Origin: Thalassobaculaceae bacterium
Lineage (GTDB): Bacteria > Pseudomonadota > Alphaproteobacteria > Thalassobaculales > Thalassobaculaceae
NCBI GenBank assembly: GCA_965228875.1
Contig: OZ245843.1
Coordinates: forward strand, 1,284,616-1,348,615
Length of the DNA stretch: 64,000 nt
Reading direction: 5' to 3'
Part shown: piece by piece, positions 55,268 to 64,000 of the stretch
Layout: each line of letters begins with the position of its first letter
Position numbering within the stretch: the stretch's first letter is position 1
Position numbers and translations under genes: made by a program
The notes under the pieces: model-generated
What the model was told of the DNA's origin: nothing
Seen by the model: the letters and a program-made list of their open reading frames with translations, nothing else
The model's database searches: none

Positions 55268-55449
55268 CCGTCGACCCTCTTCGTCGCCTCTCCAACGGTC
55301 CCACGCGGCGCAGGACCGGCGGTATCGAACGCGCGGACTTTAGCGTTCCATCCCACCCGCGTCGACCGTCGCCCGACCGAACCCAGCCGCCGCGCCGCCA
55401 TGAACCGGGCGCGTCTTGTACGCCAGATACCGGTTTCCAAACAACTACG

Positions 55450-56004
55450 TTACCGATTCTTGACAGCCCTGTCTTTCAGCAAGGCCAGCGCGGCGAAGGG
55501 CGACGTCCGTCCAGCCCCCTCCCCGTCCGGGTCATCGCCGGTGTCGCCGGCCGGCCCGTCGGCGTCCGGCGCGCGGGGATAGGGATCAATCGCCAGCGAC
55601 AGGTTCTGGGCGATCACCTCGCCGATATCCAGCGAGTCGCCCTCGATCGGCTCCGGCTCCTCGGCCACCGGATCGAGATCGACCTCGACGCCGCCAACTT
55701 GGCTGTCGTCGTCGAACAGCTCATCAATCTCCGCCGAAATCTCGCCCGATACCGGTTCGAGCGTGACGACGCATTCCTGGACCACCCGGGCGGTGAGCGT
55801 GCCCTTGACCTCGATCCAGCCCGTGTCGCGCCGACGGCGCACCGTCACCTGCGCCTGGAAGGCCTGCAGCTCCATCAGCCCGAAGCGTCGAGCCAGCGCC
55901 GCTCGCGCTGCGGCGTCGGCCTCGACGGCCACGGTCTGCGCCCCGTGACCGAGTCGCGCCAGCGGGACAGGGTCGGCCAGAACGGGCCCGGTATCATCGC
56001 TCAT
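55450..56004 (-). CDS. yceD: YceD/DUF177 family protein
   Basis: QECVVTLEP, LAIDPYPR, SPFAALA.LK. Confidence 0.88.
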   Translation of the reverse strand: MSDDTGPVLADPVPLARLGHGAQTVAVEADAAARAALARRFGLMELQAFQAQVTVRRRRDTGWIEVKGTLTARVVQECVVTLEPVSGEISAEIDELFDDDSQVGGVEVDLDPVAEEPEPIEGDSLDIGEVIAQNLSLAIDPYPRAPDADGPAGDTGDDPDGEGAGRTSPFAALALLKDRAVKNR

Positions 56005-56537
56005 CGCCCATCCTCCACGGGAGGGAAACGCAGATCGCCGTCCAGCAGCGCGTCCAACGGCAGATCGTCGACCGCAGCCCGCGCCCGTTCCGTGTAGTCC
56101 GCCAGCCTCCTGGCATGCGCCGCGACATCCGCGCCCGCATAGACGTTGCGGGTCAGCGCGTCGACCAGATCGCCATCGCCCGCCAGCGCCTCCTCGTAGA
56201 CCGCGCAGCGTCCATAGTAGGCGCGCACCATGTCCTTGACCTTCTTGCCGACACTCATGTCGCCGACGCCCATGGCGCGCAGCGTGCGATCCATGTCGTG
56301 GAAGAACGTGTCGAACAGGGCCTGCGCCCTCTGCGCGGCTCGGGGTTCCTCACTGGCGGACAGACGTCGGACCACCAGATGCAGGTGCAGGACCAGAAGA
56401 TCGAACCGTCCCTCCAGCTGGTCGGCGACTCCCAGATCGGCGTAGAACGCGGGCTGCCGCGCCTGATCGACCACGGCGTCGTACAGCCGTTCGACCGCCA
56501 GGCGGGTCTCGTCCTTCTTGAAAAACCGTGCGAAAAT
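56001..56537 (-). CDS. Ubiquinol-cytochrome c chaperone (Cbp3-like); probable ATT start
   Basis: LY..VV.QAR.P.FY..GV.D..EGRF, MD..LR.MGVGDMSVGKK; first canonical start GTG 56474 falls inside the first motif. Confidence 0.85.
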   Translation of the reverse strand: MFARFFKKDETRLAVERLYDAVVDQARQPAFYADLGVADQLEGRFDLLVLHLHLVVRRLSASEEPRAAQRAQALFDTFFHDMDRTLRAMGVGDMSVGKKVKDMVRAYYGRCAVYEEALAGDGDLVDALTRNVYAGADVAAHARRLADYTERARAAVDDLPLDALLDGDLRFPPVEDGR

Positions 56538-56616
56538 CTCTGTTCTCCGTTACTTCGACGGCAGTTGAGCCGCGATCCCCGCCAACCGCGGGGGCCAAGA
56601 GACATCAGGAACCGCG

Positions 56617-57081
56617 ATGCGCCCGTCTGTCCCGTTCTCCCGTTTCCGTTCCGGCGTAGCCGGTCTGGCGTTCGCCGTCGGCGTCCTGTCCCTCGCCGCC
56701 TGCAGTCCGCAGATCGCGACCCATGGCAACATGGTGGATGTCGACGCGCTCGCCAAGGTCGAACCGGGCAGAACCGACCAATCGACCGTGCTCGCCCTGC
56801 TCGGTTCACCGTCCAGCCAGGCCAATTTCGGCGAGCCGACGTGGTACTACATCGGCCAGCGCACGGAGCGACAGGCTTTCTACCGCCCGGAAACGATCGA
56901 GCGCCGTGTGGTCTACATCGATTTCGAGCCCCAGGGCACGGTCAAGTCGATCGGCACGCTGGACATGGACGACGGCAAGAAGATCGCGATCGTCGATCGC
57001 GAGACGCCGACCGCCGGACAGCGCATCACCCTCCTGAAGCAGCTGATCGGCAATATCGGGCGCTTCACCCCGACCGAGTAG
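56617..57081 (+). CDS. bamE: Outer membrane assembly lipoprotein BamE
   Basis: Lipobox LAAC, HGN, LLGSPS, WYYI. Confidence 0.92.
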   Translation: MRPSVPFSRFRSGVAGLAFAVGVLSLAACSPQIATHGNMVDVDALAKVEPGRTDQSTVLALLGSPSSQANFGEPTWYYIGQRTERQAFYRPETIERRVVYIDFEPQGTVKSIGTLDMDDGKKIAIVDRETPTAGQRITLLKQLIGNIGRFTPTE

Positions 57082-57106
57082 CGCGACGGACGTCCACCGA
57101 AACGCG

Positions 57107-57136
57107 AAAGGCCCCCGGATCGCTCCGGGGGCCTTT
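57107..57136. terminator. Bidirectional intrinsic terminator between bamE and hppA
   Basis: AAAGGCCCCCGGA-tcgc-TCCGGGGGCCTTT. Confidence 0.88.
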
Positions 57137-57169
57137 GTCTTGTATGCGGTATCTTAGCTGCGGCGAGGA

Positions 57170-59263
<2,094 letters not shown>

Positions 59264-59392
59264 CGTAGGAGGCCCTTCCATCCCTCTAAGGAAACCCCGC
59301 CACGGACCTTGGCATCCGCTTTACAGGGAAAATGAGACAATAGCCGGAGGACTAATTCAGCGCGCCTTTGCCCCCGGTTCAAAGGCGCGCGG

Positions 59393-59420
59393 ACAATAGC
59401 AAATATTGCCGCAGGTTCAA
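59393..59420 (-). promoter_or_regulatory. Putative sigma70 promoter of hppA followed by a 5' hairpin
   Basis: TTGAAC-N16-TATTGT then CCGCGCGCC; 11-bp stem at 59360-59390. Confidence 0.5.
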
Positions 59421-59460
59421 CTGTCCCCACGGATACTCAGGGCTTGCGAGACTTTGACCG

Positions 59461-60648
59461 TCAGACGGTCGCCGCGCGGCGCCGGCCGGCGAACCACAGC
59501 AGCGCGATTCCCACGGCCACCGCTAGCGGCAGCAGACCCAGGTTGACCGCCTGCCAGCCGAACGCATGGTTGATGGCGCCCGAGGAGAAGGCGGCCAGGG
59601 TCGACATGGAGAACACCAGGAAATCCCCGACGCCCTGAACCTTCGCCCGCTCTTCCGGACGGTAGGACTCGGTCAGCAGCGTGGTGCCGCCGATGAACAG
59701 GAAATTCCAGCCGATGCCGAGCAATACAAGGCCGGAGAAGAACTGAAGCAGTTCGATACCGGAGAGGTTGATCGCCGCGCAGGCGATATAGGCGACCACG
59801 CCCGTCAGCATGATGCGGATCACGCCGAACCGCTGGATCAGCGAGCCGGTGAAGAACGACGGGGCGAACATGCCGACGGCGTGCCATTGGACGACGAAGG
59901 CGGCATCGCCGAACTCGAAGCCGCAGTCGATCATGGCGAGCGGCGTCGCGGTCATCACGAACGTCATGCTGCCGTAGCCGATCATGGCGCCGAACACGGC
60001 GACCAGGAAGACCGGCTGGCGCATGATCTCAAGCAACGGCCGGCCGCTGTTCGAGCGTTCCTCGATGCTCGGGCGCGGAATCTCGACGAAGGCCAGGAAC
60101 AGCAGGCTGATCGACTGGACGACCGCGATCGCCACGAAACTACCGGCGAACAGGATCGGGGCGAACCAGTCGAAGGACAGTTTCGCGAGTTCCGGGCCGA
60201 TCAGGGCGGCGACCACGCCGCCCGCCAGCACCAGCGATATCGCCCGCGGCCTGAACGTGTCGGAGGCGGTGTCGGCGGCGGCGTAGCGATACAGAACCGC
60301 AAACCCCTGGAACGATCCGATCAGCATCGACGCCAGACAGAACAGCACGAAGGCATTGGCGAAGATCGCGGCGACGCCGAGCACGGCGCCGGTGACACCG
60401 ATCAGCACGCCGGTCGCGAAGCCAAGGCGCCGCCCGACCTGGCGCATGTACAGCGACGCCGGCACGGTGGTGAGCATGGTCGCGGTGAACTGCAGCGCCA
60501 GCGGCAGGGTCGCGAGCGAGGCGTCGGGGGCCAGATCCTTCCCGGCGAGCGCGGTCACCGTCATGTTCATGGTCATGCCGGTCATCGCGAGCGCCTGGCA
60601 GATGGCCAGCAGGACGACGTTCTTCACGGTGGGGTCGCGCATCGACAT
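59461..60648 (-). CDS. MFS transporter
   Basis: About 12 TM; YRYAAAD, MTATPLAM, QWH.VGMFAPSFFTG, GWNF. Confidence 0.9.
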   Translation of the reverse strand: MSMRDPTVKNVVLLAICQALAMTGMTMNMTVTALAGKDLAPDASLATLPLALQFTATMLTTVPASLYMRQVGRRLGFATGVLIGVTGAVLGVAAIFANAFVLFCLASMLIGSFQGFAVLYRYAAADTASDTFRPRAISLVLAGGVVAALIGPELAKLSFDWFAPILFAGSFVAIAVVQSISLLFLAFVEIPRPSIEERSNSGRPLLEIMRQPVFLVAVFGAMIGYGSMTFVMTATPLAMIDCGFEFGDAAFVVQWHAVGMFAPSFFTGSLIQRFGVIRIMLTGVVAYIACAAINLSGIELLQFFSGLVLLGIGWNFLFIGGTTLLTESYRPEERAKVQGVGDFLVFSMSTLAAFSSGAINHAFGWQAVNLGLLPLAVAVGIALLWFAGRRRAATV

Positions 60649-60882
60649 CCGGGGCGATCTCCTGGCGGTGGGCGGCTCCGCATACCGGGCGATACCGGGC
60701 ACCGACATGCGGATGAGAAGGGGCGGACGTGTCCCCTACTCCCGGGCACCGATGGCGTAAACCCCAGAACGCCGCCCTTGGCGGGGCGAAAGATCGGACC
60801 ATGCGGCCCGGCGCGGCGTTGTCGGTTTGTTAACCAGTGCCGCGCGATGATCCTCGCAGTCCGGAACAGTCTTAGGCCGCAC

Positions 60883-61581
60883 ATGTCGCCGACCCGCGCC
60901 CCTGGAGTCCCGCAATCCGCTGGTTCCCTGTTCCGCCAGTCCCGGCGACTGTTGAGATTCGTGCCGACCATCGGCCTGGTGGATTTGTGGCTGGAGGGCC
61001 TCGCCGCCGGTCCGGAGGCCGGTATTCCGGGTTTCGACCCGATCGATGCGCCAGCACTGCTCGGGTTTGTCTACATCCTGGAACGCGACGGCGATCACTT
61101 GCGCTACCGGGTGTCCGGTGAGTCGGTCAACCAGCTCTTCGGGTCGAACCACGCCGGCAAGCGGCTGGACGAGGTCGTGCCCCGAGGCGTTCACAGCCTG
61201 GTCGAACCGTATTTTCTCGACGTGCTCGACCGGAAGGCCTGCATCATGAAGGGTCAGGTCAGGCTGACCGGCCACCGCACCGCCGAGTTCGAGCGCGTTC
61301 TTCTTCCGGTTCATCGGGCCGGTCGAACCCAGATCCTCGGCGCGGTCGCGTTGAGCAACACCGCCACCCTGCGCGCCGAAGATCCGGTGCCACCGCCCGC
61401 CGATCCCGGATTTCACTTCACTCAGATCGACCTGAGCACCGGCGCGGTTGCTGAGAAGTCCGTGCCGCTCTCCGAGATCCCCGTCGAACAGCTCCCGTTC
61501 GAGGACCATGTCAGGCGTCGTTCCCGGGCGATGAACGTCAGCCGAGCGGTCGCTCAAAAAGATTTTGAAACAGAATGTTAA
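60883..61581 (+). CDS. Stand-alone PAS (PAS_5-like) domain protein
   Basis: FDPID.P.LL..VYILE....RYRVSG..V...FG...G..LDE, FER.LLP; start uncertain. Confidence 0.7.
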   Translation: MSPTRAPGVPQSAGSLFRQSRRLLRFVPTIGLVDLWLEGLAAGPEAGIPGFDPIDAPALLGFVYILERDGDHLRYRVSGESVNQLFGSNHAGKRLDEVVPRGVHSLVEPYFLDVLDRKACIMKGQVRLTGHRTAEFERVLLPVHRAGRTQILGAVALSNTATLRAEDPVPPPADPGFHFTQIDLSTGAVAEKSVPLSEIPVEQLPFEDHVRRRSRAMNVSRAVAQKDFETEC

Positions 61582-62017
61582 CGACGTATCCTTTACCTAT
61601 TGTCTCATCCAACTTGGCCAGCAGCCGCTCCTTGAGAAACTGCCGGTCGCCAATGCCGGGCGCGATATCCAGCGAGGCCAGGGCGTGGACATGCGTGATC
61701 ATCGCATCGACGATCCGCGGCATCTGCTGATTCACATAGGCCTGCTTCTCGCCGAACTCGACCTCGAGCAGAACATCCATAACCAGGAACCGATCGACAT
61801 CGCCATCCTCGAAGATCGGGATGGTCAGGGGGTCAAGGTCGATCAGCGTCGTGTTTTCGGGCTTCTTTTCCTCGACAGGCTCATCGGGGGTTTCCACCTC
61901 GATGCCGAGCATGGCCTGTACCGGCGGCGGCAGCAGGTCCGGCGCGAACGATGCGACTCCGAAGACGCCGCCGCCGATGAGGACGAGCAGGACGACGAGG
62001 ATGATGACGATCTTCAT
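61538..62017 (-). CDS. FliL-like protein
   Basis: N-terminal TM ending IGGGVFG, LDPL.IP, PRIVDA, V.NILF. Confidence 0.7.
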   Translation of the reverse strand: MKIVIILVVLLVLIGGGVFGVASFAPDLLPPPVQAMLGIEVETPDEPVEEKKPENTTLIDLDPLTIPIFEDGDVDRFLVMDVLLEVEFGEKQAYVNQQMPRIVDAMITHVHALASLDIAPGIGDRQFLKERLLAKLDETIGKGYVVNILFQNLFERPLG

Positions 62018-62031
62018 CGTTCGGCTTTCCC

Positions 62032-63024
62032 TCAGAAATGGCGCCAGCCCCGGGTCGCAAGGCCTTCCACCGGCTCACCGCCGCGGTCGAGTACGGCGAC
62101 GCCGCTGCCGGAGTCTACCCGACCGATGCGTGTGACGGATACGCCGGCGTCCCGTCCGGCCGCCATGACCCGCGCATCGGCTTCCGCAGGCGCGGTGAAC
62201 AGGAGCTCGTAGTCATCACCGCCCTCCAGCACCTGGGCGAAACGGTCGGGATCATCGCCCACCAGTTCCGCCGCCGAAGCCGAGAGCGGTACCGCAGGTG
62301 CGTCGACGACCAGCCGGACGCCGGAGCACGCCGCCAGGTGGCCGGCGTCCTGAACGAGGCCGTCCGACACGTCCATGGCCGCCGTCGCGACCCCGACGAG
62401 CCGGCATCCGAGGGCGACGCGCGGTCGCGGTAGGCGGTAGCGGTCGGCGAGATCGGCGAAACCGCCCATGATCGCGCCCCGGGCGACGTCGAGCCCCAGC
62501 GCCCCGTCACCGATCGTTCCGCTCACCCAGAGCGCATCGCCGTCGCGTGCCCCGCCGCGCCGCAGAGCGCTCCCCCTCGCCACCCGGCCGAAGGCGGTGA
62601 TCGACACGGTAACGGGTCCGGGCGTCGAGACGCTGTCTCCGCCGAGAAGATGCACGCCGAACGCGCTCTGATCGGCGGCCAGGCCGTCGGTGAAGGCGCC
62701 GAGCCATCCCTCCACGTCCGGCATGTCCCTCGGCAGGGCAAGCGCCAGGGTGTATCCCAGCGGCTCGGCCCCCATGGCGGCCAGGTCGGAGAGGTTCACC
62801 CGCAGCGCCTTGCGCGCCACGAGGTCCGGCGGGTCTCCGGGCAGGAAATGAACACCGGCGACCAGGGCATCGACGGTCACCACCCACGCCTCACTCGCGT
62901 CGATCTCGGGCAGTTCGGCGGCGTCGTCGGTCAGGCCGAAGGCGCCGGGCGCCTCCTTGGCCAGCGGCGCGAAGAACCGGGCGATCCTGTCGAACTCACC
63001 GAGCGTTGCGCCGTCCTGTGTCAT
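62032..63024 (-). CDS. thiL: Thiamine-phosphate kinase
   Basis: GEFDRI, DDAA, GVHF, NLSDLAAMGA, GGD, MDVSDGL, GGDDYEL. Confidence 0.96.
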   Translation of the reverse strand: MTQDGATLGEFDRIARFFAPLAKEAPGAFGLTDDAAELPEIDASEAWVVTVDALVAGVHFLPGDPPDLVARKALRVNLSDLAAMGAEPLGYTLALALPRDMPDVEGWLGAFTDGLAADQSAFGVHLLGGDSVSTPGPVTVSITAFGRVARGSALRRGGARDGDALWVSGTIGDGALGLDVARGAIMGGFADLADRYRLPRPRVALGCRLVGVATAAMDVSDGLVQDAGHLAACSGVRLVVDAPAVPLSASAAELVGDDPDRFAQVLEGGDDYELLFTAPAEADARVMAAGRDAGVSVTRIGRVDSGSGVAVLDRGGEPVEGLATRGWRHF

Positions 63025-63162
63025 CCCGTGTCCTGTGTCATCCCGTGTCCTGGGTCATCCCGTGTCCTGTGTCATCCCGTGTCCTGTGTCATCCCGTGTC
63101 CTGGGTCATCTCGTGTCCTGGGTCATCCCGTGTCCTGGGTCATCTCGTGTCCTGGGTCATCC
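63013..63162. repeat. 17-bp tandem repeat, about 8.8 copies, overlapping the thiL start
   Basis: Unit GTCCTG(T/G)GTCATC(C/T)CGT from 63013 at 17-bp period. Confidence 0.97.
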
Positions 63163-63172
63163 GGCATTCAGA

Positions 63173-63230
63173 GTTACCCTGCCCGAGTCTACCCTGCCCA
63201 GGTTCCCCTGCCCGGGTTCCCCAGCACTCG
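63173..63230. repeat. Degenerate 14-15-bp tandem repeat (about 4 copies)
   Basis: GTTACCCTGCCCGA, GTCTACCCTGCCCAG, GTTCCCCTGCCCGG, GTTCCCCAGCACTCG. Confidence 0.7.
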
Positions 63231-63258
63231 GAAGCGTCCCGATACCGCCCGCGGCACC

Positions 63259-63771
63259 TCAGCAGGTCTTGTCGGTGAACTCGTCCTCGCGCAGCAGGCG
63301 GGCGAGGCGGTCGAGGACCGCGTTGACCAGCGCCGGCTCCCGTCCGGAAAAGAAGTCTCGCCCAAGCTCGACATACTCCGTGATGACGACCTTGGCCGGC
63401 ACATCGCCGAACGCGAGGAGTTCGTAGGCACCAAGGCGCAGAATCGCGCGCAGCAGCACCTCCAGCCGCGCGAGCTTGAACTCCGGCTCCAGGGCATCGG
63501 TGAGCATGGGATCGACCGTCGGCATGTCGCCGACAGCCCCCAGCACGAGCTTCTCGAAGAACAGGGCGTCGACAGGACCCGATTCGGTATCCTCGACGAT
63601 GCCGCGGAACCCGCTGGACACATAGGTCGGCACGACCTCATGCGGCGACGCCGCCACGATCTCGATCTCGTACAGTGCCTGTGCGGCCGCGAGGCGGGCC
63701 AGCGTTCGCGCGACGGACCGGCCCCGGCCGCGGGCGCCCGATGACCGGCTTGAGGACTTGGAGGAGGTCAT
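63259..63771 (-). CDS. nusB: Transcription antitermination factor NusB
   Basis: ARLAAAQALYE, RAILRLGAYEL, VP.KVVITEYV, VNAVLD. Confidence 0.95.
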   Translation of the reverse strand: MTSSKSSSRSSGARGRGRSVARTLARLAAAQALYEIEIVAASPHEVVPTYVSSGFRGIVEDTESGPVDALFFEKLVLGAVGDMPTVDPMLTDALEPEFKLARLEVLLRAILRLGAYELLAFGDVPAKVVITEYVELGRDFFSGREPALVNAVLDRLARLLREDEFTDKTC

Positions 63772-64000
63772 GACAGGGCGAACTGATGACGGAGCGAAAC
63801 CATGGCGAGGCAGGCCTCGGCAGCGTCCTTGCCCTTGTTCTTGCCGCTCTCGACACCGGCCCGCGCCCAGGCCTGGTCGCCGTTCTCGACCGTCAGGATG
63901 CCATAGCCGATCGCGAGGTTGTCGCGGATCGCCAGATCCTGGAGGCCGCGCGCGCTCTCGCCGCAGACATAGTCGTAGTGGCTGGTCTCGCCCCGGATCA
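63768..64000 (-). CDS. ribH: Lumazine synthase (3' part; truncated by window)
   Basis: Hand translation IRGETSHYDYVCGESARGL..YGILTVEN..QAWARA..KNKGKDAAEAC; ATGA overlap with nusB. Confidence 0.93.
   Translation of the reverse strand, partial: IRGETSHYDYVCGESARGLQDLAIRDNLAIGYGILTVENGDQAWARAGVESGKNKGKDAAEACLAMVSLRHQFALS

Noticed and set aside
55252..55440. 62-aa basic ORF as divergent ribosomal protein L32
   Set aside because: Lacks the AVPK start and CxxC pattern, and overlaps the plsX start
63013..63162. 17-bp array as a CRISPR array
   Set aside because: Units are contiguous with no unique spacers, too short, and there are no cas genes in the window
62957..63427. Plus-strand Cys-rich repeat ORFs (CVIPCPVSSRVLGHPVS)
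   Set aside because: By-product of a stop-free repeat read antisense to the ribH-nusB-thiL operon; overlaps thiL and nusB

Overview
High-GC (about 68-70% by eye) alphaproteobacterial chromosome segment, probably Rhodospirillales (inferred from gene order and protein sequence style). It is mostly core housekeeping synteny: argC, gcrA, groESL with a CIRCE element, the dusB-ntrBC-ntrYX-trkA-dat-HAD-hfq-hflX superoperon, ispDF-pgpA-cinA, pdhABC-lpdA-lipA-ratA, ftsB, eno, tpiA-secG-pyrG-kdsA, ppiD-trpE, yceD-plsX-fabH-ihfA-MerR-tRNA-Pro(GGG), bamE, hppA and ribH-nusB-thiL-fliL. I saw no integrase, transposase or CRISPR array. The most unusual items are: (1) a 17-bp tandem array in front of thiL that reiterates the thiL start and forms a chain of eight ATGA-coupled 6-codon mini-ORFs, with a smaller 14-bp array of the same design in front of ntrY; (2) a low-GC two-gene cassette (coiled-coil/2-TM protein plus a lamin-tail-like beta protein) wedged between lpdA and lipA and coupled to lipA; (3) a probable ATT start codon for the Cbp3-like chaperone; (4) two orphan 2OG-Fe(II) oxygenase-like genes inserted in core operons; (5) several readable regulatory sites (DnaA box and GANTC cluster at gcrA, tandem NtrC sites, an XRE operator, a repeated ECF-type promoter). 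All calls come from reading motifs by eye; no database searches were run.
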